Position numbers and translations under genes: made by a program. Source: Chrysomallon squamiferum (Eukaryota; Animalia; Mollusca). From it: a DNA stretch of 64,000 nucleotides. This document shows, one piece after another, positions 1 to 19,140 of the stretch; position 1 is the stretch's first letter; every line of letters begins with the position of its first letter. The DNA is taken from positions 15,810,001 to 15,874,000 of the forward strand of contig CM022679.1 in NCBI GenBank assembly GCA_012295275.1, in the 5' to 3' direction. The notes beneath the pieces were generated by a model, which was not told the origin of the DNA, did not search any database, and worked only from the letters and a program-made list of their open reading frames with translations.

Positions 1-318
1 AGCATTATTTATGTTTCCTTTTTTTGTCCATGGTACTTCATGCTGATGCCAACAATTTAACACACAATTTAACAAATAAAAACACAAATACACAATATTA
101 AAATACTTTATGTTTAATCTGAATACATATCCGATTTTATATATTATCAAAACATAACAATTATAATCTATTTCAGAAAATCTAATTCTTTGGCATATAT
201 ATTTGTATAATTTATAAATCAGTATACAATCAAATAAAGTGATGAAATCAAAAACAATTTTTCTACAAATCTCCTTTAATATAACATTCCAAAAACTGAA
301 ACAATAAAATGATAAAGA

Positions 319-352
<34 letters not shown>

Positions 353-2503
353 GAGACATTAATGATATTAATTAAAGAATAATACTGAATTTCAAATAAG
401 TAATTTGCATAAATTTTCAACTTTTTTCAGTTTTTGATGTGCATTTATTTAATATAATTATATATGTGCATTACTCAGTAGACTTTTATAGAATATTTAA
501 AATGTTTAATTTTGTTTTTATAATAAAAATATGAAATAAGTAAATATATTTTAAAACAATATAAAATGAGATGCTATAAAAAAAGAAAAAATGGTAAAAG
601 ATTTAACATTAATAATAAAAATACTACTACTATTACTACATTAATAATAATAATAATGATAATAAATATAACCTAGAAATAGATAAAAGACATTTTCTTT
701 CCCATTCTCAAAATGCATAAAAATAGGACAATCTCACTTTACATTTTATATACAGGTATACACAAATAATTTGATAGCAATATTTTCTTCCATTTGCAAA
801 AACAATGCCTTACAAGTTCACTGAGCTAACAATGATCACAAATTTTCTTTCAATAATCACCTAAAAATATTACAAACAGTACGCATATAATTAAGCCAAA
901 TATACAAAGTGACTAGTAGTCCATTATACAGTAATAATAGATAGATAAATAAAAATATCAAAACCATTAACCATTACCTACTTGAATATATTTTGAGCCA
1001 TTAAAAAAAAAAATACCTCATAGTCAAAATCTGTGATAAATGAAGCAGTGAAGTACAAAAAAAAAAAAAAAAAAATATAAAATATATATATATATATATA
1101 TATTGATAATAGTAATTAAAGAAAAATAAACAACATTATTTTTTATGTTGACTACATACCAAAATAAATATTTGTAAGATATAAAACAAATAAATGGAAA
1201 ATGTTCTAAATGTATTTCAAAAATATATTTGAAAAAGAAAAACACTGTATAAATTTCACAAAATTGTGTAATTTGTCAGTTGTTTATTATTATTATTATT
1301 ATTATTATTTTTTTTTTTTTTTTTTTTTAAAAGCAACAACACATTTATAGGTTTTCTGCTTTTTCTATATAAATGATATAGTCAATCATTTATGAACATA
1401 TACAATAAAGACATCAAAACAACAAAACAGAAAACCAGTGGTGAATGTGTGTATATATGTGTACATGCATGTGTAAATCCATAAAGGTACAGGACAGTAA
1501 TGCCTTTGAATAAATCTGAGGAGCAATCCTCTAAGGGTTTTTTGTATTATCTTTTTTCATATCTCCTCAAGGAAACCAAAGTAAATATTTTCTAAATATA
1601 GATTTTATTTCACAAAAGACAGAGACTGGTTTACATGTTTATTACTCATTGTTCTTTGATTGTAAGTATCAATGGAATTTGTAAAAGATATGAATACTTT
1701 TTAACTTGATAGATAGATATATAATATATAATCATCAAAAATTAATATTAATCTACAAGGCATGAACATTTACTTTATTACTATAAAGGATGGTGATTCT
1801 ATGTGTCTATGAATATATAAAGACCACTCATTCATGATCTATATTTGAATGTTGATTACTAATATATGATCAGTATTTAAGCAAGAAGGTGTCATATTGT
1901 TTGAATCAGACACAAACCTTTCAATTACTTATAAAATAAACCTCAAAATAATAAATAGCTTGTTATAAAAAATTTGAAAAAAAAAAAAAACCCTGTTAAT
2001 TTTAGAACTCATTGCTGTGTAGTCCATATAGTCTTTCAAATAAAATGCAAAAGACTGAATAAACTCCTTAACCACATCAAATAATTCTTTTTTGTCAAAA
2101 CAATTGTCAGAAATTCAGAACACCAAAACATTTTGCATGATGAAAGGCCAGAAATACTTTGAATTTATTCTGAAATTAAAAAAAAATGAAATGAAACTTT
2201 CAGATTTTATGAAATTTAATTTTTTTATGCTTTTTAACATTTTAATGAATAAAAATTACGGCTTTGAAAAATTGCTTTAAAATATAATGTCTTTTAAGAA
2301 TATCATGAGTATTTTTAAACATATTTTTAACACATATTTTCCAAATTTTCACACTGACATGTTTTCTTTACAAACAAAGAGTTTTAATATTGTGATCATT
2401 ATCTTATCTTAAGGGAAATAACTTAGTTAAGGTCTACTTAAAATGAAAATAAACTGGTTACCATATCACAGATGTATGCCTCAGGTAATATCAGATTTTT
2501 GTT

Positions 2504-3127
2504 TTAGAATGAGGTGGTGCCAGTCAGTTTTCTCACTTGCTCATATGTTACCCAAAATACTGTTGACCATGGAGCCTACAGAAATGAAATAAGGAAAATA
2601 AAGATCCAGCATTTTATTATTTTTAGTTTATTACTTTGTATATAAAATTATTATACTCATTCAGTCTTTTCACAGGCTAATTAGAATGGAAGATATTTAA
2701 ATTTCTAAATTTAAAATAATATATTAAATGGGAGAAATGTAATATTGTAATTAATAAAGCTGTTTGAAATCCACAAAATGTATTCCATTCATTAGTATAT
2801 ACCATTTTATTATATAAGATATATTATTTACTGATTCATTGAAGCAACTTAAAATACTGTTTGTATGAAATAGACTGAAAATAATATCACAAATACTATC
2901 TATAAAATATATTCCATATGGTGAATGAATAGGCAACAAGGTGAATAATGAATGTGTATTTGTTATAAAAATTAAATAAAGTGTCAAAAAAGAAATAAAT
3001 AAAAAAAATGTAAGTAAATTTTATTTTGAAAAAATAAAAAATAGTTACTATAAAAAGTTAAGTAACTGATACCGATATTAATTATAAATATCTTTGAAGT
3101 TACTTTTTCAATGGGCTAGTACAGTGT

Positions 3128-3186
<59 letters not shown>

Positions 3187-6100
3187 TATATTTATAACTA
3201 CTACAGACTGAGATATAATGTAAAACACATTATTTACCATTCTAGCCCAGATTGGTAAGAATCCTTTATAAAGAGCCATAAAACCTTCATTCTGTACTGT
3301 TTTAATTAAACAGTCTATTGACCCTTTATACAGCAAGCCTCTGAAATTATATACATCATTAAATAACTATCATTCTTTTTTATTATCTATTTTTGAAAAT
3401 TTATGTTTGTCTAGTTTTAAGACAGCAAATATTTCAATGACTTGGTTTTAGAAAAAAACCTTGTATTTTGAACAGATAAAACAATGCAACTTTTGGTTTA
3501 TATTTTTTGTTTATATTTAAACAAGCAATTAATAAAGAAATGTAACATAATTATTTACAAAATATTAACTGTTTCTAAAACATGCTCATATGCAGTTTAA
3601 CTCAACAGGTTGATGTGTGGAATAATTTTTATGTTAAACAATCTGTTAATTTTTCTGAATGAAAATAACTCAATATTTTAACATTCTTACATTCCATTCT
3701 TTGTGGGTTGATTCATCACTCGTGTTTTTATGACATCTGCTGGAGTTCCTAATGATGCTGCTACAACACCAGAACAAGCACTGAAATTATTTCTTTTTAA
3801 ATTATTACTTCTGAATAATAAATTTACAATAAAAAACATTTAATAATAATAACAAAACAACAATTATAATAATAATAATAATAAAAACAATTACAAAAAA
3901 ATGGAACAAATATGTCATACCTCTACATTTTAGTAAGAAAATATACTCTGAATTATCAGTTACATATAATGAAAATAAACTAAAATTATCTAGTAAAAAA
4001 AAAAAAAAAGTCAAACATTATAAGCAAAATAGAGTAAAATCTATTATTTTGGTACAAAATAATATTCTCAATTTAAATTTTAATATTTAATCTACTTAAT
4101 TATTGAAATAAAGCAGAGGAGAAAAATCAACTGAAAGTATAAACAAAAAGTTACCTAGATAACATATGAGTTATATAGTTGTCTTTTAAACTAGTGTACT
4201 TCAGAATTCTGTGTTTAACAGTGTCATATGTTGCTAGATCTTGGGAAGGAAAAGAGAGAAAAACAAAAGTTACATATATTTTAAATTAATAATTTAGTCA
4301 AGAGTTTACATTTTATATGAAAAATGTTATTATTATTATTATTATTATTATTATATTTTTTCATAGTAATTTTAATTTTTCATATTTTTTCTAGTAAGTA
4401 AGATATTTTCTTATGTTCTAATTGTGCCCCAGTCTTTTAACTTACTTGAAAGTGATAACAATTAAATCATTGTTCATTGTCAGAAAAAACAAAACAAACA
4501 AAGGTAGCATAATGCACATGATCAATAAGCTGTTAAATGCTATTACATTTATATTAAACAAAAGATCATATATTTTTTAAAATGATATTTTAAGAACTTA
4601 CATTTCAAAATAAAATTTTAATAAATAAAACCTTGTTATTGGTAAAAAAATTAGTATGATTTTAACAATAACGTAAGAGGATTTACCTCCCATGTTGACA
4701 AGAGCCGCTCGCTGTACATTTGGTACCCATCCACGCCACAAACCACGGATACCTCCCTCCAGAATAATATTCCTGAAAGCCTGGCCAACATTTTTCACTC
4801 TGAAATTTAGAGGGCGTATTTTTTCACTGGCATTCAGCAAGACTTAAATATTAAAAAGAATACATTTTAATAAAATATTTTTTTTTACAAATAACAAATT
4901 TAACAAGAGATAGAGAATACATATTGACAGAGATATATGAGATAGTTTTAAGGAAATGTGTGTCATATTCTTGATCGTCTGAATTTTTAAATTACAGTCT
5001 GCTACCACTAAATTTTTATGTTAAAATAGTATAAGAGCAGCTATACATCAGAGAAAATAAGAACTTGTTTGAATATGATACATGTTAAATACATGTCAAA
5101 GCACAGTTGTGTAAATGTAGAACCAAAAATGAAATTGAAATTTTATTTCTTTAATATGACCAATGATATAATTCAAAATTACCAAAAAACTGAAATTTCT
5201 AATTCATAATTTACAAAGGATATCCTCAAAATAGCTATGTTAACAATACTCAAGAGAAACAGACAAACAAGGTAATTTTTTAGGAATAACAATTTAATAC
5301 AGCATGTGGACATTTTGTTGCAAAGTATTTAGAATTTTTGTTATTTTCTTTGTTAAGTGTTAGGGAGACATTCTTTTCTTGGAGGGAGGGAAGTCTTTGG
5401 GGTTTTGATTTTTGATAAACATGACAGAAAAAGTAAACTAACATACTGGCCTAAGGGAGGTAATACCTCGAGGGTTTGCCCTCCAGTCTTCGCCTCCCTT
5501 CCATCTGCATGTGAACTTTGACCAGATCTGTGGGGCTGGCAACAAACTGCCCTAGAGCTCCAGCAGTTACACCACCCAGTGAAGCTTTCCTAGTGAAATA
5601 AAAAATTACTGATTATTTAAAGATAAAAGCTCCATGTATAAAACATTGAGGCATTCATTTTAGATTTCTAAAACTGTAGTGTTGTTTATATCCTACAGTA
5701 ACAAATTCAGTTTCTCATAATGAATGGATAATCCAGTTTATACTTAAATAATGGTTTGTGTTGTTTCTTACCAAACATGTTTTTTATCTACATAAATTTA
5801 GTTACAAATGTTTTCAATGGATAATACTGTCTGGAAGTTTTTATTTCATGTAAATCAGATTAAGTGAATGGAGAAAAAAAGGTTTGGAGTTTTATGTTAC
5901 ATGTTACCTAGAACTGATCTATCTAGACAAAAATGTAGGTGGAGACTCTCGATCCTTTCTAGATGTGTTTACAAATGAACTGTATTCAGAGCATTAGATT
6001 AATAATACAAATTTTATTATCATTATTATTTTTATTAAATAAATAGAGAGAGAGACACAAGTAATTACATCACAGTCAATCTTGAAATCCGTAACTTGTT

Positions 6101-8990
6101 TTTTCTTTTTTAATTAATTTAAAAGGGTCATTCCGTGTCAAATCACCCAATGGTTTAAACCCGACCGTCTCAGATTTTTATGAAACTTGGTATACTTGTT
6201 GACTGGGATCCCACAGTTAGCCCAATCAGACCAGTGGTGTGGGAGATACGGCCCATCGAATTTTGAGATTTTTGCAAAAAATGGGTGTGACCACCAACCT
6301 TAGAACCCTTATATCTCAGGAACTACTGGGCCAATCTTCATAAAATTGGTATTGTTAGAAAGGCAAAATGACAAGGATACCAAATCTGCCATTTTTGTTT
6401 AGTTTGGAAAATATTGGAGTACCTTGACCTTTTGACCTTTGCTATGACCTTGAAATTGACCGTGTGGATCATGATATCTTGAGATGACCTTTATTGAAAC
6501 TTAATCTCCCACATGTTAACTAAAACATATAAAAGTTTCCTGGGTGTAATATTTTTTGTTTAGCCACAATATAGATTTAAAATATGCACATACATGAAAA
6601 TAACACCTTTTCAGCCATTAACATCTGATTAACTAAAACCTGAATGATCAATTCTGGATGCTAGGAATCACCATCTCTCTTGATCATCGAGTAAGACATT
6701 GTAGGCCTACATGTATGCATAAAGTTCACATATAAAAGTTTCCTGGGTATAATATTTTTTGTTTAGCCATAATAGAGATTTAAAAAAATGCATACCTGCA
6801 TGGATGATTGATACAATGCATTACAATGTACATTTTCTCTGAGACTAAAAACTCATCTTTGGAGTTAAAACCCACCTGACATGTCTGAAGGAATGCCTGA
6901 AGGATATGAAAAGATGCCAAATGGTATGACATGTTCTACACAATCAGGCTCAAAGGGTTAACAGGAAGTGATGCTTCAGGCAGGTCAGGAACTCCTTTAG
7001 ATTCCCTGGTGCAATCCCCATTGAGCACATGGCAATTAGAAGTTTAAGACAAAGAAGTTTCTTCATCTGCATTTCTTTGACAATCTGAAGCTTTTTAAGT
7101 TGGACACAATGTCAGATGTTGATATATAAACAATATTTTTATTTCATAAAACCTATTAAGTAATTTTATCATGTCATGTGGGCCTTGCCATTGGTTTTGA
7201 ACAAGGTTTCAGTCAACAACAGTACAACCCAGTCTGAAATCAGACGTCATCAAGTGATGTACTGCATAATGTATTTGTACACCCAGTCTTCAGCAGAGTA
7301 TGAACAAGGTCTACTTCACCTTAATAAACTGTGATTTATACTTGAGAAGATTGATATAAATGCCCAAGACTTGTGGGCCTTTGGCAATAACACATGTACT
7401 CTGCTACCATTTTACGACCTGCTTTACTTTACTGAAAGGGTTTCAGGATTTGATTTAATATTTAGGAAAGCACTGACTTTGTTCTATTGAATTGAAGGTG
7501 CAGGCCAATACTGAAAATCCTTATTTCTTCCAGGGCTAACTGCAGTTTTAACTCTCCTGAAAATGTGTGTTATCAACACCATCATATCAAAAAGGAGTTG
7601 TTGCGAAGTGTATGGAAAACTGAGGAAGTCGAACTCCTCACTCTTTGAAGTGGGATCAAAACACGGGACATCAAGAGTATCATGAACAAGAACTTTTCAT
7701 CAAATTTTCAACATTGCAGAAAAACTGTTGTGATCCCCTTAATCGCCACCCTGAGCAAGCACGCACTAGATCTTTAAGAATTGTTAGCATGGGCACTTAC
7801 AAATGCTTAGTAAATCCTCCAAAGACACTAGTGCCAGGAGACAAGTTGTGCTGTGACTGTCTGATTACCCTTCAGAAATCAAAGGTCCTGCAGAGGATGG
7901 CTTTAGTATGGGTGGTATTACAATGGGAGAATTTGGTGATAACTTGCCAGACAAACTGCTGGTTGTTGTTTCCCCAGAAAAGGACTTTGATTTGAATTCT
8001 ATTCTGTCGAGTTTAGGCAAAACTCCTGTCAAACTCCATTCACTAGCACATTCCAGTAAATGAATGAAAGGACAGAAAAAAACTAGCATCAGCTACAGTA
8101 ACATTAAAATGACATCTTAATGTCTGAATCCTACCCAGAGCGTGTGCAAATCTTGATTTTGTCACCCTTTACCATTGAAAGGACAATGAATTGAAGGAGG
8201 AAATAATCCAATTTTATGAAAGTGATGAGAACAGTAGAATGTGTCTGGGAATGAAGGATACAGTGAGCATTTGAAACAAACATAGTGAGAAGGTTAAGCA
8301 TCAGAAACACCTAGTTCTCTCAAATTTATGTGAACTATGCATACATGTAGGCCTACAATGTCTTACTCGATGATCAAGAAGGATGGTGATCCCTAGCATC
8401 CAGAATTGATCATTCAGGTTTTAGTTAATCAGATGTTAATGGCTGAAAAGGTGTTATTTTCATGTATGTGCATTTTTTAAATCTATATTGTGGCTAAACA
8501 AAAAATATTACACCCAGGAAACTTTTATATGTTTTAGTTAACGTGTGGGAGATTAAATTTCAATAAAGGTCATCTCAAGATCACGTGATCCACACGGTCA
8601 ATTTTAAGGTCATAGCAAAGGTCAAAAGGTCAAGGTACTCCAATATTTTCCAAACTAAACAAAAATGGCAGATTTGGTATCCTTGTCATTTTGCCTTTCT
8701 AACAATACCAATTTTATGAAGATTGACCCAGTAGTTCCTGAGATATAAGGGTTCTAAGGTTGGTGGTCACACCCATTTTTTGCAAAAATCTCAAAATTCG
8801 ATGGGCCGTATCTCCCACACCACTGGTCTGATTGGGCTAACATTTCAGATTTGGTGCTGTGGGATCCCAGTCAACAAGTATACCAAGTTTTATAAAAATC
8901 TGAGATGGTCGGGTTTAAATTTCTTTTTTTTTTGGGTGATTTGACACGGAATGACCCAAAAGCATTTTATTTATATTTTATATATATATA

Positions 8991-9043
<53 letters not shown>

Positions 9044-9566
9044 TGTGTTGTTTTTTTATTAATGGATGGCATTATATTTCATACCAAACAGAAGTGGTTC
9101 CATCTGCATTCCTTCCAAGAATTTTATCTCGAATAAATTCATAAAATGACATTCGGCAACCAGTATAAACTAGAAAAAGAAATATTACTATTTGTATAAA
9201 AAAAAAAAAAAAAAAAAATTAAATGCACCAACATCACTGAGAAAAATCAAAAACAACAACAACATCAACAGCAGTGATTTAAGCTTGTATTTAAATAAGA
9301 GGATTAACTTAATAATTAACCCGTGTTCCTTGAACTGGAAATTAATACTTGTATCTTAATCTGCTTTTAATCTCACTTAATACATGTGCAAATTTCTTAA
9401 TAAAATTTTAATCTAACTTAATACATACACAAAGAGGCTTTATTTTCTATTTTCATAAATTAAAAAAAAATTATAATAAAGCTGTTATTATATTAAAATA
9501 TAATTTGAAATAAAGAAATTAATAATAGTAAGGAAAATTGATACCAATTGAAACCAGTCACACACA

Positions 9567-9612
<46 letters not shown>

Positions 9613-11127
9613 ATCAAAGGCAAAATCAGTAATCTTTCTATGTTTGTATATTTATGTCATAGTGAATGTATGTATATTAAATACATTATGTGAGAATGAT
9701 GAGCTGTAATTAAACAATTTTAAATCTAGAAATACAGTCATGTTCTGGAAATAAATAAAAGCTACAACAATATTCAAAGGAACAACAATATTCAAAGGAA
9801 CAACATTAATCTGTTTCAGAATTATAAATGCATACCTAAATGTCTGTACAGAGCTGGAGTCACTCCTTGCCATAGTTTCAACAAACCTTCTTCTTGTACT
9901 GTAAATAAATGTAAAATATTTAGCAAACATACACTCATGCACATCTCCTCCCTGCTTACACACATGTAATGCAACTTCACAATTTAGAACATAACTCCAC
10001 AATCCAGAGTGCACATATTCATCAACAATAATAAGAAAATAAAATATAAATAAAAATATATTATTAAAAATAACTGCTAATGTACAGTATTAATTGTGTT
10101 TATAATTTTGTTTTTAAATAAACTGTAGAATAAAATTTCTATTATTTGTATTTTGTTTTCTGTTGGTTTTGGGGAATTTTTTAAAAATATGTTGTTGTTG
10201 TTTTTTATTTACATACAGAGGATTGTATAAATTCAGAGCTTGCATCATTAAAAGTTTAAAGGTTTTAAAATGAAATTAATTAATTATATAAAATAAAAAT
10301 AAAAATTAAAGGACTGTTTTAAAAATAAGATATATATATGTGCAAGATCTATACAGATGTATATGCATAGGCACCACAGCTATAACACATGCACATCATA
10401 CTTATGAATACAATATACATTTTTATATAGTTATACACAAAAGTCATTAATATGTATATTCTCATACTGATACAGACATTCATATATACTGACATAAAAA
10501 AATATATATTCTGACACATACAGACAGACATACAGCCTAATGCACACACAAACATAATTAAGAATGATATACTGAAATATATTTATATATAGAAAGTCAT
10601 ACTTTACACATATAAAGAGATCTCAAATTGTTATATTTATTTACCAATTCCTATGGCAGTATGTATCATTCCTCTGTGAACCACCTGCACTTTGACACCA
10701 GCCTTAGTATGAGAATGTAAATCTATTTCTCCTTGTATCTGCATCCGTGTTTTTGTCAGATCAAGTGGGTATGTGACTGAAAAAGATAATGTTTCTGGTT
10801 TTGGTTTGTGTGTTGTTGTTTTTTAAATATTGAAGAAAATATTATATTTGCTTAATACAAAGTGATATTGAAAAAATATAAGACGTTATATTAACTGTTA
10901 TTTAGTATTTAAAAAATATGTTTGAATAAATATTAAAAATAAAATAAAATATTACTATCACACTATGTGTAAAATGCAAACTAAAAACTGGGAGGAAATA
11001 TAGATACATATATTTTTAATGTTATATATTGTATACCAGTTTCGGCAACAACTGCTGCCACTGACGAAAGTGTATATTTAAAAACAAATGATTCTTTTGA
11101 AGGCTCTTTCGAAACAGAAGACTTCAT
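2504..11127 (-). CDS. SLC25A27: Mitochondrial uncoupling protein 4 (SLC25 carrier), 10 coding exons, 318 aa
   Basis: Exons (minus): 11037-11127, 10645-10776, 9836-9898, 9085-9169, 5467-5589, 4687-4799, 4155-4239, 3691-3780, 3238-3340, 2504-2575. All introns are GT-AG, phases are consistent, total 957 nt. Three carrier signatures Px[DE]xx[KR]: [46 protein letters not shown]4-typical segments [52 protein letters not shown]...TYEQVR. Confidence 0.93.
3131..3178. repeat. (TA)n microsatellite
   Basis: Read directly; in the last UCP4 intron. Confidence 0.95.
6125..8957. mobile_element. Non-autonomous Sola2-like DNA transposon with ~600-bp TIRs, in UCP4 intron 4
   Basis: Termini GGGTCATTCCGTGTCAAATCACCCAA ... 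TTGGGTGATTTGACACGGAATGACCC. Inverted homology ~6125-6731 vs ~8327-8957. 4-bp target-site duplication (TSD) AAAA at 6121-6124 and 8958-8961. GRG...CYC ends, a 4-bp TSD and long TIRs are Sola2 hallmarks. The interior carries degenerate transposase fragments. Confidence 0.8.
7645..8345 (+). pseudogene. Degenerate N-terminal part of a Sola2-type transposase
   Basis: CCDPLNRH...[11 protein letters not shown] (Zn-binding-like), then after frameshifts and stops [17 protein letters not shown] and [46 protein letters not shown]. These resemble motifs I recall from Sola2-type transposases; not searched. Confidence 0.6.
8978..9035. repeat. (TA)n(TC)n compound microsatellite
   Basis: Read directly; next to the right TIR of the Sola2-like element. 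Confidence 0.95.
9559..9608. repeat. (CA)n microsatellite
   Basis: Read directly. Confidence 0.95.
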
Positions 11128-15782
<4,655 letters not shown>

Positions 15783-17189
15783 TAACACTGACACTTTGAC
15801 TCCTAACATACCTTTGTATTTTCTTTGCATTCCGAGTTTCATCAGATTTCTTTCTTCTTTTCTTGTTTAATAATTTTTTTCTTCTTTCACTTTTATTTAA
15901 TTGAAATTGTAAATAAGAATAGTATTTTGGATCTTTATAGAGATTGGCTGAGGTGGGTACTTTAAAAACATACACCTTATGAAACTTTCCTCTTTTTTTT
16001 TCTCTCTTTTTTTTCAGATATATCTTTCCCGCTGGTTTATTTGGGGGTATTCCCACAGTGATGGACATGTTGGTAATAAGCTTTTAATAGTCAAAATTAT
16101 TCAGATAATGTAGATAAAAATGGATAGATGAGTTCCAGGTATTAAATGAATGTTGGAACTGCTGGTCAGTTATGTAATAGTGTGTATAATAGATGTAAGT
16201 GATCTGGACTTTACATACAGGTATAGTGTACTTGTTTTTTTTTGTTATTGTTATCACATATAAAAATATATTTTTTTAAATAAAATGGAAATATTTGGGA
16301 CCATGAACAATTTAGATAATTTATAGAAACTTTTTTCTTTTTTTTAGTTGTTAGGTTTTTTTTCTTATTATTATATATTTTTTTTAAATTGATCTTTAGA
16401 CTGATGGAGATTTGTAATTAAGCAAGGAATTAATAACATTCCTGAGTTAATGAGAAAATATTGAATTTTATATCTATTCTGCTTTAATATTTCCTCTTCT
16501 TTTTTTTTTCTTCTTTTTTTGTTGGCTGGGCATTGGTACATATAGTATCTACTTTCTCTGTCTTGTTAAATTAATTCATCAAATTAAAAATATAAATGCT
16601 TCTCTAAAATGTTATTTCATTCTTTTTTCTCTTAGTGTTTCAAGTTTCAACAAAATAGGCCTGAGACATGTTTATTTATAACAGTGTGCAAGATTATTAA
16701 AATAAACATATGAATAGAAATAATTAGTTATTAGAATGGAGCTAAAGGAAAATTATAATTGCCAAGATATGCCTAGTTGTGTTCAGGATGACTTTATTTT
16801 TAAAATATGTATATTTATATATTATTTATAGTAAACAAGCATAACATAAAAAAAATGAAAATCATTTTTCTTTAAAACCTAACAGCAATTTATTTTAAAC
16901 TGATTTACCTCTTCAGTAATTTAGCATGATTATTATAAATACTAATACTGTTGATTTCATTGTACATTTGTTTTTTATATTCTCCATACATAAATTTGAT
17001 CACTAAATTTTTATATTAAGCAAAATAATGAGGTTTATTATGCTTTAATGAAAAAACTCACATGTATTTCAGTAATATTCTCCAACAGTGTAATTCTGTT
17101 TGTGGTTTTATTGATGATTATATTTTGGTTTGTTTAAATGAAATTTCTTCTTATGTACATAGTTGTTACAAAAATATGTTAGATTTATA

Positions 17190-17350
17190 TACGATCTGTT
17201 GAAAAAGTAAGGAATCATGCAATATTTCATTATGTGAAAAAACAGTAAAGTAGATGTCAGTCACTGACATGAAGTGATAGACTGTTTTGTGGTACAAAAT
17301 GTATAGCCATTTGGACTTTCATATCCTTCATGGCATTGTTATGTTATAGT
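17190..17350 (+). mobile_element. Possible highly decayed mariner 5' end in the GRB2-like copy 1 3' UTR
   Basis: TACGATCTGTTGAAAAAGT resembles the mariner terminus TACGAGGNCTGTTCAAAAAGT as I recall it. No second TIR found. Confidence 0.25.
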
Positions 17351-17658
17351 AAAAATTGAACAGATATTCCATGATTCCTAAAAAGAAAAATATTCTTTTA
17401 TCAAATCTGTATCCAACTTCATAGTCCCTCTTCCTATTATTGATGTTTATAAGATTGTTATTGGTAATCACACAGATGAGCATTCCAAATCATCCATACT
17501 GGTGAAAAGGTTTGTTGATGTTAAAACTGTCAGTTGATTCATTTGTTTTGCTGGGGTTTTTTCAAATGCAATAATTGTTAAAATTTTCAAAATAACCTTT
17601 GTACAATTTGATGTTAAAGTACATCATTCTGTTTGAGAATATTTGAGAATGAACTAAA

Positions 17659-17696
<38 letters not shown>

Positions 17697-19134
17697 TTTT
17701 TAAAGTAAATATGCTGTTATTATTCTTGGATGTTTAATCTGAATTAAAATTTACTTGTTAACTACTGTTGTGATTAATTTTGTGGTTAAGACTATTAGAG
17801 ATACTAAATGCTGTTAAATAGTTACATTAAATATTTTATATATACCTTTTCGAGACATAATAAAAGAAATAGCTATTTTTGTATAACAGTTTCCCTAATT
17901 TTATTGATAATGCTGGTCATTAATGTCTTCTGCTTTTCATTTGTAAATTCTGTTCTGAAAAGTATTTTGATAAATCTGTACATTGTTTTTTCTTCCATAT
18001 TAACATCACCTTGTGAACATATAAAATGATGTGTTGACAACATTAGACACTTCATGTCAATTTTATTTCCATAAAATTATGTGAGGTTTTTTACTGATTA
18101 ATACAGTAAAGAATTATAAAACAAAAATAGAATTAAAGCCAAAATTTTATATACTTTTATTTTCTAGATGAATCTTTATAAATTGTCTATAAAATATTTT
18201 CTTTTCTCTTATATTTATGTACTACATTAGATCATCATTTTATGTAAACAGAAAATTATTTCTTGTAATAATGTATTGTTAATTCTGTATAAATTATTCA
18301 ATATAAAGTACAGAAAATCCAAAACGAACAATATTTCAGCAAAATTATGTGCTTCTTTTTCCATTTTCTTTACTGTTAGTATATTACTGTACAGTTTGGT
18401 TCTAAAATATCAAAAACATATGAAATTGTTTGCATTCTTAATAAATTATAAGTGTATTTGTAGATTGTGAAAACAAAAAATAATTCTGCCAGTAATATAT
18501 ACAGCACCTTGAAAGGTCACAAAAACATTTTTACTTTGATTTTAAACTATTTTTTCTTTTTTAATCAAGTTATTTAGAAGTATTTTGTACATTTATACAA
18601 ACATAATCAAAGGTGTTTTACAATTTGTAGTTTTTGTTTAATAATTTTATATTCTAAATATTTACAGAAATGGGTAAATGAAATATAATGGGTGTGTGGA
18701 CCTAGTTTCTTTTGTATTAAATTTTATAATTAATAAAATAATGTTTATTTCCTATTACTTGTTGATAATGTTGACAAACTAAAAATACATTTAAATGTGG
18801 GTTTCTTTTTTTCTTTTTTAAGTTTACTTGAAGTATAAAGTTTTAGAATATTGTAATGCCTTGTGAATAATAAGCATCTTAGATTGGCTCGTTATAAAAT
18901 GTTATGTAACAGAACATTACAAGAACTGCTTAAGAATTTGTTAGTATTTTATTTTTATTATTAGTTTTTGATTGTTTTTTAATGCCTGTTCTTTTAACAT
19001 AATATTTTTATCCAACAGCATATTATTACCAAATCAGATGGATTAGATTTATATTCACTTGTTTAGTGTTTCTACAAAATAATCCTGGAAGTTTGAAATA
19101 ACATTTGTTTGAACTGTTGATAATTTTGACCTTA

Positions 19135-19140
19135 AATAAA
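19135..19140 (+). terminator. Candidate poly(A) signal of GRB2-like copy 1 (implies a ~3.3-kb 3' UTR)
   Basis: AATAAA followed ~20 nt later by a GT/T-rich element (GTGTCTCGTTTCATTT), at the end of a T-rich plus-strand tract. Other AATAAA hexamers occur upstream. Confidence 0.35.

Noticed and set aside
9764-9805. 18-bp tandem repeat ACAACAATATTCAAAGGA and similar short duplications (21729-21817, 22234-22277) as CRISPR-like arrays
   Set aside because: Only two units each, no spacer array, eukaryotic context; ordinary slippage duplications.
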